Shown in pieces: positions 1-9,549 of a stretch of 64,000 bases of DNA. The DNA is from Nannocystales bacterium (GTDB taxonomy: Bacteria > Myxococcota_A > Polyangia > Nannocystales > Nannocystaceae), in contig JBOEGF010000018.1 of assembly GCA_050633305.1 (NCBI GenBank), positions 448,001-512,000 of the forward strand, read 5' to 3'. The notes below the pieces were generated by a model, which was not told where the DNA came from, searched no databases, and saw nothing but the letters and a program-made list of their open reading frames with translations. Each line of letters begins with the position of its first letter. The first letter of the stretch is position 1. A program made the position numbers and the translations under genes.

Positions 1-1344
1 CGAGCGAACCCCGCGGGAGATCCGGAACTCGTCCATGAGCCCGTCGTAGAAACGGACCGACGGCGCTTCGCCGGGAAGAGAGCCGATCGAGCCGGCCTGC
101 GCCGCATCCGAGAGGACCGTGCCATTCACAGGGGTCTGGCTCGACTCCAGCGGCTGCCCATTGACCCAAAACCCAATGGTGTCGTCCGCCGCGATCGTCA
201 CGACGAGGTGGACCCATTCGCTCACGTCGAACTCCGCGCTGATGCCCCGGCCTTCGGCGGACTCATAGCCGATGTCGACCTGAATCCGCCCCATCGGCAG
301 GGTGTGGCTCAGGAGGATGGCCCAGCCCATGGTTGCCACCATGGAGTCGCTCTTGTCGAAGATGCGCTTGTACGTGGTGCCGTCGGCGAGTTCGGGGCGG
401 AGCCAAACCTCGGCGGTCAAGCCGTCGGTCCGAAGATCCGCGAGGGAGTCGGTGGCGGGAACCTCGAGCTGGTCGTCGACGCCGTCGAACCGGGTGGCAG
501 AGTCGAACCATCCTTGCTCAGCGACGACGCCATTGGGCACCGCGTCGTTGTTGAGCGTGCTGGCATCGGAGCCGTCGGTGAGGTGCCAGATGGCGACGAA
601 GCTGTCATCCCAGACGCTACCGGGGTCTCGGCCCACCGGTCCGGACGCATTGCCGCCGTACGCCCACACCACGGTGTCGCTGTTGGGGGTGATGTCGACG
701 CCGAGCCAGACGAGCGTTCCATCTCGCTCCCAGGGGATGAGGACGCCAGCATCGTCGACGAAAACCAGGCTGTCGTCGTCCCGAAGCGTGGGGTCGATGC
801 TCGCCGAGACCGGGAGTGCGGCGACCGGAGCACCCAGAGGCATGCCGCGCAGCGTGACAGATTGGCGAAGGGTCCATCCGCAGTCCCACCAGTCGCGCGG
901 GCACGTGCTCCCGGTCGAGGACCCTTCGGCCGCAGGGGGCCCGGTCGTTTCGTCGCTGCCTGAGCCGACGCTGCCCGCCTCGCTCGATGCGCTGCCGGAG
1001 CTCGCCAAACTCGTGGCGAGGCTGGTCGACGTCGTGGGTCCAGCCTGGGACGTCGTGCCAGTGCTTGTCCCGTCCTCCAGCGGTTCCACGCAGACTCCCC
1101 CGAGGTTCTGCCCGGAATGCTCTCCATAGCGCCGTCCGGACGGGCAATCGTCGTCTGGAAAACTACAGAACCCTGACGGCTCGCACGAGCCTCCCACCCG
1201 AGCTCCGGCGCAGCCGGAGTCGTCCTGACATCCGAAGACGCTCGGCGAGCACGCGCAGCAGCTTGCCACTGCCATGAGCATCTGTACGCCAACGGCTCCG
1301 CTGCCCAAGACCGCTCGGACCTCGCCGCCACGCGCGTCATGCAT
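1..1344 (-). CDS. Exported Cys-rich / DUF2341-like / LamG-domain protein (3' end runs off window)
   Basis: Not in the ORF track because there is no stop in the window. Manual translation from ATG 1344: Cys-rich head (GCQDDSGC...CEPSGFCSFPDDDCPSGRRYG), S/T/G linker, WWDCGW...VWDDSFVAIWHL, then LamG-like EWVHLVVT...FWVNG...FYDGLMDEFRIS. Confidence 0.8.
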   Translation of the reverse strand, partial: MHDARGGEVRAVLGSGAVGVQMLMAVASCCACSPSVFGCQDDSGCAGARVGGSCEPSGFCSFPDDDCPSGRRYGEHSGQNLGGVCVEPLEDGTSTGTTSQAGPTTSTSLATSLASSGSASSEAGSVGSGSDETTGPPAAEGSSTGSTCPRDWWDCGWTLRQSVTLRGMPLGAPVAALPVSASIDPTLRDDDSLVFVDDAGVLIPWERDGTLVWLGVDITPNSDTVVWAYGGNASGPVGRDPGSVWDDSFVAIWHLTDGSDASTLNNDAVPNGVVAEQGWFDSATRFDGVDDQLEVPATDSLADLRTDGLTAEVWLRPELADGTTYKRIFDKSDSMVATMGWAILLSHTLPMGRIQVDIGYESAEGRGISAEFDVSEWVHLVVTIAADDTIGFWVNGQPLESSQTPVNGTVLSDAAQAGSIGSLPGEAPSVRFYDGLMDEFRISRGVRS

Positions 1345-1385
1345 GTCATGCACGTTCCGCCCGAGTGTATCGGATAGGGCGGTGC

Positions 1386-1757
1386 TCAGTAGCCCCGAAT
1401 CTTGCGGAGGTCGCGAAGGTCGCGCTTGCTTGGGCGACCGGTGCCGCGGTCGCGGTAGACCATGGGGTCCACGAGTTCCCGAGGTGGGGGCGGCGGTGTG
1501 TTGTCCACGTACAGTTTCTGAGCTTCGGAGGCTGGCCCGCGGCGATCCCCGAGGGCTACGATCTCCAGGATGCGTAGACCGCCCGGCGTCCGAACCTCGA
1601 CGTGAGCGCCAACGCGCACGGTTTTGGATGCCTTCACCGAGTTGCCGTCGACCTTGACGTGGCCAGCCGTACAGGCCTTGCCCGCCATCGAGCGCGTCTT
1701 GAAACAACGTGCGGCCCAGAGCCACTTGTCGATGCGGACTTCGCTGAGTTCGGTCAT
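1386..1757 (-). CDS. hslR: S4 RNA-binding protein, Hsp15/HslR family
   Basis: VRIDKWLWAARCFKTRSMA...GHVKVDG...RGPASEAQKLY...GRPSKRDLR; ATG 1757 overlaps the upstream stop (ATGA). Confidence 0.9.
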   Translation of the reverse strand: MTELSEVRIDKWLWAARCFKTRSMAGKACTAGHVKVDGNSVKASKTVRVGAHVEVRTPGGLRILEIVALGDRRGPASEAQKLYVDNTPPPPPRELVDPMVYRDRGTGRPSKRDLRDLRKIRGY

Positions 1758-4700
1758 GAGCGCTTTCCGAAGGCGTGTCCCCAAGCCCGACCTGCGGACT
1801 TCGAGACCCCCTCCAGAAGTGTATACGACGCCGGCAAGAAGACCAGCGTCATCACGGTGCTGGTGAGCAGACCGCCCGCGATGACAACCGCGATCGCGTG
1901 ATAGTAGACGCCCGCCAGGGTGGGGTGGTGGAGCAGCATGGGCAGCAAGCCCAGGACGGTGGTGGTCATCGTCATGAGGATCGGGCGAAGCCGGTCCTCG
2001 CCCGCGACGCGCAAAGCCTGCTCGCGCGGCATCCCTTGAGCGCGCAACTGCGTGACGCGGTCGACAAGCATGATGCCGTTGTTCACGACCACCCCGATCA
2101 AGATGAAGAAGCCGACGATGGCGGTGGTGTCGAGCGTCGTGTCGGTGAGCCACAGGGCCCAAGGCGCGCCGAAACACCCCAGCAAACACGTCAGCAGGAT
2201 GCCCAGGGGCTGGAGGTAGCTCTCGAAGAGCGAGGCCATTACCGCGTAGACGAGCAGAAGGCACAGGCCGAGGTTGACCAGCATTTCGTTGCCAACCTCC
2301 TCTTCCTGGCGCCACGAGGTCCCGCGACCCCAGCTGTAGCCCGGCGGAAACTGGTAGTCCTCGAGCGCGGCCGAGATGGCCTTGAAGTTGGCCTCCGGAT
2401 CCGCCTTCATGAAGCGGACCTTCACCTTCGCTTCCGTCTGCCGATCCACGCGCTGAATCCAGTACGGACGGCGAGCGATCTCGATGTCCGCCACGGAAGA
2501 AAGCGTGATCTCATCGCCCGTGGAGGTCTGTAGTTTGAGGTCGCGGAGCATGGCTACACCTGCGCTGCCTTCCTCGGGAATGTCCGCACTCAGCCGCAGC
2601 TCGAGGTCGCCGCGCTCACCCCGTGTCGTGCCAAGAGGGAGGCCCTGAAATGCCAGCGAAACCCGTTCCGCGACCTCCGACGGTGTGAGTCCCACTCGGC
2701 GCAGACGGTCGTCGCGTAGCTGAACGTGCAGCTCCCGGGCGCCTTCGTCGAACGGGGTGATGATGTTGTCGAACCCCCCGTCGTCGGGGCGCGCGCGGTC
2801 TCCTTGGGGAAGTCGCTGGGACAGGTGCGCGGCCACGTCCTCGCTCAGCGCGATGAGAGCCCCCATGTCCTCGCCTTTGAGCGCGAACTCGACCACGTGC
2901 TTGTCCCGGTTACGGCGCCAGTCGAAGTCGCGCTCCGCCACCCGATAGGTGACGCCGACCTGCGGTGGAAGAGCGCGGCTGAGCTGGGCTTTGAAGGCGT
3001 TTGTCTCGGTCTCGCTCTGAAATGTGACCGCCGGATAGACGCGGCAGTTGCCCCAGTGGTCCGAGAAACTGCAGGACACCGCTTCGATCCCGAGGTCTTC
3101 CTTGTTCTTGAGGAGTTCATCCTCGAGCACTTGGACGTGCCCCTCGATCTTCTCGTAGCCCTTGCTGCCCGCAAACTGCAGGCGGATCGGTAGGTTGTCC
3201 GACTCAAACTCCGCTTCGCCGAGTTCCAGCTCCATCACCGACAGCGGGATGTAGGCCGAGCCTGCCATGGCGAGGCCCACAAGCAGCGTGAGTCGCGGGA
3301 CCTTGAGCGTGAGAGTGACAAACGCGGCGTACGCGGCCGAGAGACGGCGGAGGACCGGGTGATTGAGCGTCTTCGCGCGGGGTTTGAGGACACGCCCCAT
3401 CAGCAGCGGGATCGCGGTTTGGGAGACCGCGAGGCTCGCGATGAGGCCGATGGCAAATGTGATGCCCAGCGGCCGCAGGTAGATCAGCATGTCGTCGTGG
3501 CTCTCGGTCGCCACGAGCGGGATGAACACGATGATCGTCGAGAGTGTGGACGCGATGGTCGCGAAGCCGACCTCGCGGGATCCGAGGCGGGCGGCCGCAA
3601 GCGGTGCGTGCCCACGTTGCGCCTGCAGGGTGATGGCCTCGACGATGACGACGGCGTTGTCGACCAGCATGCCCACCCCGAGCACGAGACCGAGCAAGAC
3701 GATGCAGTTGAGCTCGTCTCCGCGCAGGAACAGGATGCCGCCGGCTACCACGACACTCATCGGGATCGAGACGGAAGCGGCGAGCGTCGTGGTTCCGCGG
3801 TGGAGGAACAAGAAGAGGATGACCAACCCGAGCAGACCCCCGTAGATGCCCGTGTTCCTCAGGTCTCCCAACGTCTTGAGAATCGTCTCGCCTTGGTCTT
3901 CGATGACCAGCAGGTCGATGCCGTCCAGCGCCGGGTCTCGGTCAAGCTCGACCATCACGGCCCGGATCCGCTCGCTGACCTCGACCGCCGATGCGCCCGC
4001 TTGCGCGAAGACCTCGACATTGATCGCGCGTCTTCCGTTGAGCCTTCGCGCTCGGCGTTCCTTCTTCGCGTGGGCGGTGATGTTCGCCACCTCTCCCAAG
4101 GGGGCGAAACGGTCGGCACCGTCGGCAGGGGCGGCGACGCCCGTCTCGGAGATGGTGCGCGGCTCGGCGGCACGGCGCGGCAGGGGAATCTTCGCGAGCC
4201 GCTGTGGCTGTGCCGCGGTGCTCGGGGAGCGAAGGCCGGCGACCTGTTGGCCGTCGCGCAGCATCCCCAGGCTCCGACCGGTTCGAGCGTCGCGCACGGC
4301 CTGAGAGAGGTCGGCGAGTTCGACACCGCTGCTTTCGACCGACTCGAGGTTCACCTTCACTTCGAGTTCGTGTGGTGAGACGCCGTCGAGTTCGACGCGC
4401 GCGACACCGGGCACCCGCTCGAGTTTTCGGACGATGCGCTCCTCGATGAGGTAGTAGTCCTCGGAGAGGTCGGTGCCGCTGGAGACCTGCATCTCCATCA
4501 TCGGGTCGTCGAAGTTCGAGTACGCGCCGATGTAGATGTTGTTCACGAACGAAGGCAGCTCGTCGCGAATGCGTTCGATGCGGTCGCGAAGCTCGAGCTT
4601 TCTCGCGTCGATGTCGGTGCCCGGTTCGAAGTCGAGGTTGACCTTGACCCCCCACGATCCACTGCCGACTTGAATGCGTTCGAGGTCACGGACCGTCGCG

Positions 4701-4921
4701 ACCTGCTCCTCGATCGGACGGATGACCTCTCGTTCGAGGACCTCGGGGCTCGTGCGCTCGATCTGGACCCGGACGTAGAGCCGGGGCTTGGTGTCCGAGG
4801 GCAGGAAGGACAGAGGCATCGAGAACAGACCGATGACACCGAGCAGCAGGACTGCGCACAGAGCCATCTCGACCGTGACGGGGCGGTCGAGCGCGAGGTC
4901 GGAGAGGGCCCAGCGCCGCAT
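1754..4921 (-). CDS. RND efflux permease, AcrB/AcrD/AcrF family (second-subunit type)
   Basis: About 1055 aa from MRRWALSDLALDRPVT; GMLVDNAVVIVE, GVVVNNGIMLVD, RLRPILMT motifs and multiple TM segments. Confidence 0.93.
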   Translation of the reverse strand: MRRWALSDLALDRPVTVEMALCAVLLLGVIGLFSMPLSFLPSDTKPRLYVRVQIERTSPEVLEREVIRPIEEQVATVRDLERIQVGSGSWGVKVNLDFEPGTDIDARKLELRDRIERIRDELPSFVNNIYIGAYSNFDDPMMEMQVSSGTDLSEDYYLIEERIVRKLERVPGVARVELDGVSPHELEVKVNLESVESSGVELADLSQAVRDARTGRSLGMLRDGQQVAGLRSPSTAAQPQRLAKIPLPRRAAEPRTISETGVAAPADGADRFAPLGEVANITAHAKKERRARRLNGRRAINVEVFAQAGASAVEVSERIRAVMVELDRDPALDGIDLLVIEDQGETILKTLGDLRNTGIYGGLLGLVILFLFLHRGTTTLAASVSIPMSVVVAGGILFLRGDELNCIVLLGLVLGVGMLVDNAVVIVEAITLQAQRGHAPLAAARLGSREVGFATIASTLSTIIVFIPLVATESHDDMLIYLRPLGITFAIGLIASLAVSQTAIPLLMGRVLKPRAKTLNHPVLRRLSAAYAAFVTLTLKVPRLTLLVGLAMAGSAYIPLSVMELELGEAEFESDNLPIRLQFAGSKGYEKIEGHVQVLEDELLKNKEDLGIEAVSCSFSDHWGNCRVYPAVTFQSETETNAFKAQLSRALPPQVGVTYRVAERDFDWRRNRDKHVVEFALKGEDMGALIALSEDVAAHLSQRLPQGDRARPDDGGFDNIITPFDEGARELHVQLRDDRLRRVGLTPSEVAERVSLAFQGLPLGTTRGERGDLELRLSADIPEEGSAGVAMLRDLKLQTSTGDEITLSSVADIEIARRPYWIQRVDRQTEAKVKVRFMKADPEANFKAISAALEDYQFPPGYSWGRGTSWRQEEEVGNEMLVNLGLCLLLVYAVMASLFESYLQPLGILLTCLLGCFGAPWALWLTDTTLDTTAIVGFFILIGVVVNNGIMLVDRVTQLRAQGMPREQALRVAGEDRLRPILMTMTTTVLGLLPMLLHHPTLAGVYYHAIAVVIAGGLLTSTVMTLVFLPASYTLLEGVSKSAGRAWGHAFGKRS

Positions 4922-5067
4922 GGCCGGAGCATAACGTCTGCTGCGGGGCGAATTGGGCGCCGAGAAGACGTGTTCCGTTCGTCGCCCCCGGGGGCCGTCC
5001 ATCGCCTGGAGGCGCCGCTCGTCGGCGGGCCCGAGCCCGACGACACCGACTTCGTCATCGTGTTGGC

Positions 5068-5703
5068 ATGCAGTTGTATTCGTCTGTCCTGGTCGGAGTC
5101 CTGTTTCTCGCCGGCTGTGCTAGTGAGTCCCCGACGACCGGCCAAGGCGGGACTTCGGGAGGGACCGAGGGCCTTGGGACGGACGTCGCTCAGAGCAGCA
5201 GCTCGCCTGGGTCGCAGGAAGACTCATCGCCCAATGGGAGCACGGGGGAGGGCGCGGATGCCTCGTCCGGTTCCGGCGACTCGGGTCTGGAGACCATCGA
5301 ACTCGACCGCGGGTGGGTCGCAGAGTTGGAGGGAGCCTGGCTAGGGCCCGTCGCCGGGACTCCGCTCGGCGACCTTCCGCAGTTCTACTGGGAGTTCGCG
5401 TGGACCGACACGGACGCGCTGGTGGGGGTGGCGGACAGCGGGATGGGATTTCGATTTGAGTTCGAGTTCGCCGAGCACGACGGGCAGTGGACGTTGCTCG
5501 AGACCGGAACGCTGCCCGGAGACATCACGCAGTCCTACGAACTCCATCCTGTGAGCCGGGAAGGCGACCTCGTTCGGTTCGAGGTCCTGGACCAGCCGGG
5601 GTACCTCCAGGTGGACATTCTTCCTGGGGAAGGTCGCTTCGACATGGCGGTGTTCGTCCGAGGCGAGCCGCACGGGACCTTCGACCTCGCGCATCCGGGC
5701 TGA
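5068..5703 (+). CDS. Hypothetical lipoprotein
   Basis: Lipobox FLAGC, S/T/G linker, then a beta-rich globular domain. Confidence 0.75.
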   Translation: MQLYSSVLVGVLFLAGCASESPTTGQGGTSGGTEGLGTDVAQSSSSPGSQEDSSPNGSTGEGADASSGSGDSGLETIELDRGWVAELEGAWLGPVAGTPLGDLPQFYWEFAWTDTDALVGVADSGMGFRFEFEFAEHDGQWTLLETGTLPGDITQSYELHPVSREGDLVRFEVLDQPGYLQVDILPGEGRFDMAVFVRGEPHGTFDLAHPG

Positions 5704-5756
5704 GCGAGAACCTCTGTTCGCCGCAGGCGACGTCCTTTCCGCTATCCTTCGGATCG

Positions 5757-7151
5757 ATGGCGGAGATTCTCAGTCCGATCGATCACACCGTCGCGTTCTC
5801 CTACCCCGAGCTGCCGCGGGCCGAGGCGTTCGCCCGCCTCGAAGCCGCACAGAGAGCGCAGCGCGCGTGGATGGAGGTCCCTCTCGAGGACCGTGTCGCG
5901 CTGTGCCTTCGGGTGCTGGATGCCTATCGGTCGCAGCTGGACATGCACGCCGTCGCCATCACCAAAATGATGGGCAAACCGGTCGACCAAGCCCGGGGGG
6001 AGTTCGAGGGTGGCATGGTGGAGCGCACCAAGAGTTTGTGTGCACAGGCTGCTGACGCATTGGCCGACGATGTGCTTCCCGCGCAAGAAGGGTTCCGTCG
6101 ATTTGTAAGGCACGAGCCGGTGGGCGTCGTGCTGAACATCGCAGCGTGGAACTACCCGCTGTTGGTCCCCATCAACGTGATCGTGCCCGCCGTCCTCGCG
6201 GGCAACGCGGTCCTGCTCAAGCACGCTCCGCAGACTGCTCTTGTCGCCACCCAACTCCAGCAGGCCTTTGCCATGGCGGGTGCTCCGGCCGGCCTCGTTC
6301 AGGCCTTCATGGCCTCGCACGAGACCGTCGCCGAGGTGATTCACAGCCGCCGCCTGGGTGCCGTCGCGTTCACCGGTTCGGTGCGGGGTGGGCACGAGGT
6401 CATGCGGACCGTCGCGCAAGAGAACTTCCTCCCCTGCGGGTTCGAACTCGGCGGGAAGGACCCTGCGTTCGTGTTCGAGGATGCCGACCTCGACTTCACG
6501 GTCGGAAATCTCGTGGACGGTGCCTTCTACAACGCGGGGCAGTCGTGCTGCGGGATCGAACGTATCTACGTCCACGCTGCGGTGTACGACGACTTCGTCG
6601 AAGCCTATGCCGCCGCGGTGCGTGGCTATCGATTGGGCAACCCTCTGCATGACGGCGTCACGATGGGGCCGGTCGTCAACGCTGCCGCCGCACAACGGAT
6701 CAAGGCCCACAACGCACAGGCGGTGGCCATGGGGGCTCGGGCACTCGTCCCCGAGGACGCCTTCGATGTCCCGGACCTCTCCCCGTGTTACCTCGCGCCG
6801 CAGGCGTTCGAGCAGGTCACGCATGAGATGGACCTGATGCGCGAAGAGAGCTTCGGTCCCACCGTTGGGATCATGAAAGTCGCTTCCATCGACGAGGCGG
6901 TGGCGTTGATGAACGACTCCGCCTTCGGGCTCACGGCCTCGCTTTGGAGCACCGACGATGCCCGCGCCGAGTCAGTCGCGCGCCGAGTTCAAGCCGGGAC
7001 CGTCTTCCTCAACCGATGCGACTACCTCGATCCACAGATGCCGTGGACAGGCGTTAAAGACTCCGGTGTCGGGTGCTCTCTGGGCCGCTATGGGTTCGGT
7101 CAGGTCACCCGTCTCAAGAGCTACCACCTGCGAACCGCAATCCCGAAGTGA
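5757..7151 (+). CDS. Aldehyde dehydrogenase family protein
   Basis: AWNYP, FTGS, FELGGKDP, AGQSCCGIER (catalytic Cys), EESFGP; start set at MAEILSP. Confidence 0.95.
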   Translation: MAEILSPIDHTVAFSYPELPRAEAFARLEAAQRAQRAWMEVPLEDRVALCLRVLDAYRSQLDMHAVAITKMMGKPVDQARGEFEGGMVERTKSLCAQAADALADDVLPAQEGFRRFVRHEPVGVVLNIAAWNYPLLVPINVIVPAVLAGNAVLLKHAPQTALVATQLQQAFAMAGAPAGLVQAFMASHETVAEVIHSRRLGAVAFTGSVRGGHEVMRTVAQENFLPCGFELGGKDPAFVFEDADLDFTVGNLVDGAFYNAGQSCCGIERIYVHAAVYDDFVEAYAAAVRGYRLGNPLHDGVTMGPVVNAAAAQRIKAHNAQAVAMGARALVPEDAFDVPDLSPCYLAPQAFEQVTHEMDLMREESFGPTVGIMKVASIDEAVALMNDSAFGLTASLWSTDDARAESVARRVQAGTVFLNRCDYLDPQMPWTGVKDSGVGCSLGRYGFGQVTRLKSYHLRTAIPK

Positions 7152-7155
7152 CACG

Positions 7156-8508
7156 ATGACTCCCACCGACGTTCCCTCGCTCGTTGCCTTCCTCGACCAA
7201 CACGGGATCACCCGGCACAAGATCGGTGTCTTCGACATCGATGGCGTCCTGCGCGGCAAGTACATGAGCCGCGAGAAGTTCCTTTCTGCGGCGGAGAAAG
7301 GTCTGGGGTTCTGCGACGTCGTCTTGGGATGGGACGTCGCCGACCAACTCTACGACAACGCTACCGTCTCGGGGTGGCACACCGGGTATCGGGATGCGCC
7401 GGTGGTGCTCGACCTCTCGACGACCCGCCTGCTGCCGTTCGAGCCGAACACCGTCTTCGTGCTCGGCGGTTTCTCGGGCGCCTACGAGCCGGTCTGCCCC
7501 CGCGCAGTGTTGCGACGGACATTGGAGCGTGCCGCTTCGATGGGGTTCGAGGTGAAGGCCGCCTGCGAGTACGAGTTCTTTGTGTTTGATGAGACCCCGG
7601 ACTCCGCGCGTGAGAAGGGCTATCGAGGACTCAAGCCGTTTACGCCCGGAATGTTCGGCTACTCGACGATCCGCAACAGCGTGCACTTCGAGCTGTACCA
7701 CCAGCTGCTCGATGAAATGGAGGCGTTGGGCATCAGCATCGAGGGGCTGCACACGGAGACTGGCCCCGGGGTGCTCGAGGCCGCGCTTACCGTAGACGAG
7801 GCAGGCCTGGCTGCCGACAAGGCGGCGCTGTTCAAGACCTTCACGAAGGTGTTGTTGCAGCGTCGTGGCTTGATGGGGACGTTCATGGCCAAGTGGAGCA
7901 ACGACTACCCGGGCCAGTCGGGGCACATGCACGTCTCGTTGGAGCGAGCGGGGACCAACGTCTTCCACGACCCCAACGACGGCGAGGGGCTCAGCACGAC
8001 GATGCGTCAGTTCCTCGCCGGGCAGGTTCGGTACATGCCCCAGGTTTTGCCGATGGTCTGCTCTACGATCAACGCGTTCCGACGTCTCGTGCCTGGGATG
8101 TGGGCGCCCATCTCGGCCAGCTGGGGGATCGAGAACCGAACCACCGCGATCCGGGCGATTCCTGGCGGCGTCAAGGGTACACGAAGCGAGTACCGCCTGG
8201 GGCCCGCCGACGCCAACCCCTACTTGGGTCTTGCCGCCGCGATCGCCACTGGTCTGAGGGGCATCGAGGAGGAACTCATCCCCAGCGAGCCCGTCAAGGG
8301 GAACGCCTACGAAGATCCCGGCGATGCCGAACCCCTGCCTCGTTCGCTCGCGGCTGCGACCGAGGTTTTTTCGCGCAGCGCTGCTGCCCGCGAGTTGTTC
8401 GGGGACACGTTCGTCGAGCACTACGCAGCGACCCGAAACTGGGAGGTTCGCGAGCACCAAAAACATGTCGCGGATTGGGATCTGCAGCGCTACTTCGAGA
8501 TCATCTAG
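7156..8508 (+). CDS. Glutamine synthetase-like protein (probable gamma-glutamyl-amine ligase)
   Basis: DIDGVLRGK, EYEFF, HTETGPGVLE, GQSGHMHVSL, WGIENRT, EYRLGPADANPY; starts 4 nt after the ALDH stop. Confidence 0.92.
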   Translation: MTPTDVPSLVAFLDQHGITRHKIGVFDIDGVLRGKYMSREKFLSAAEKGLGFCDVVLGWDVADQLYDNATVSGWHTGYRDAPVVLDLSTTRLLPFEPNTVFVLGGFSGAYEPVCPRAVLRRTLERAASMGFEVKAACEYEFFVFDETPDSAREKGYRGLKPFTPGMFGYSTIRNSVHFELYHQLLDEMEALGISIEGLHTETGPGVLEAALTVDEAGLAADKAALFKTFTKVLLQRRGLMGTFMAKWSNDYPGQSGHMHVSLERAGTNVFHDPNDGEGLSTTMRQFLAGQVRYMPQVLPMVCSTINAFRRLVPGMWAPISASWGIENRTTAIRAIPGGVKGTRSEYRLGPADANPYLGLAAAIATGLRGIEEELIPSEPVKGNAYEDPGDAEPLPRSLAAATEVFSRSAAARELFGDTFVEHYAATRNWEVREHQKHVADWDLQRYFEII

Positions 8509-8624
8509 CCGAACGGGTTGCACCCCCACCTCGCGCGGACTCCAAGACCGCGCATGGCTGAAACCCGCGGTCAGAATCGGCCACGTCGGTTTGACGCCCA
8601 CAGTTGTTGTTCATGAACATGATG

Positions 8625-9515
8625 ATGGTGCGTCGCCTGCCACTGTGCATCGCGATGTCGGTGTGCGGATGTTTGAAGCCGAACCCTGAGTATCTCGGGC
8701 AAGGCGGGACGGGTTCGGGCGGCGTAGACGGTTCCGCGGCGACGACGGATACCGCGGGCACAGAAGCCACAACGTCTGTCCCGGTCGGCACCGGAGTCGA
8801 CTCCGCCAGCGCGGAGGGAGAGGGCACCGTGAGCGCGGGGACCGAGTCGACTGATTTGGCGGAATCGACCGGGGGAACGCCAGATACGACCGGCGGAGCG
8901 ACCGAGGTGTGTCCCGCTGGAGATGCCCTCCGCGTCTGTCTGAACTTCGATGCAGAGGCGGTATCGGACGTCACCGACCAGTCTGGCTCACGCCTATCCG
9001 GTGACGGCATTGGGGCTGCTCTCGTCGACAGCCCGTGGGGAGCCGCGTTCGAGTTCTCCGCAAGGACGCAGGTCGAGGTTGATTGTGCAGGCGAGTGTGC
9101 GGGCGGTTCGACGGTGACATTCGAGGCCAGGGTCGACCTCGATGAGGTTCCTGCCGCAGGTGGGCGCGCGGGCATCGTCGACAACAACGGGATCCTCGGC
9201 ATGTTCGTGACCGACGCCTTGGCGCTGCGACGTGTCTCGAACGATGGGACGCTCGAGGGAGGATGACTCCTGCCCGGCGAGTGGACTCATGTCGCCTGCG
9301 TGGCGGATGAGGAGACCCTCTTGGCGTACGTCGACGGTGTGAACGTCTCCGCGCTGCCGATCGAGCCGCTGGCGCGCAGCGCAAACCCGCAGCCGGTCGG
9401 GATCGGCAACAACGCCCCGCAGTTCGACGACGGCTTGGTGGGCGCCCTTGACCGGGTCCGGATCTGGGACGAGGCGCGGAGCGTCGAGCAACTGCTCGCG
9501 TCTTCGTCCCCGTAG
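8625..9515 (+). pseudogene. LamG-domain lipoprotein interrupted by an in-frame TGA at 9264-9266
   Basis: Lipobox-like VCGC and S/T linker. ORFs 8604-9266 and 9300-9515 are in the same frame and read ...GTLEGG*LLPGEWTHVACVAD...YVDG...GALDRVRIW, one LamG-like domain. Confidence 0.8.
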
Positions 9516-9549
9516 CGTTGTCGACGGTTTCCGGCGACCATGGGGTCCC

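Noticed and set aside
3640..3680. DN instead of DD in RND TM4 (also in the second permease) read as loss of function
   Set aside because: Both permeases share the variant and keep RPILMT; it looks like a subfamily trait rather than decay.
9264..9320. Selenocysteine recoding of the in-frame TGA
   Set aside because: The site is not an evident Cys/redox position of a LamG domain; the downstream GGCGA/TCGCC stem is expected by chance at this GC content.
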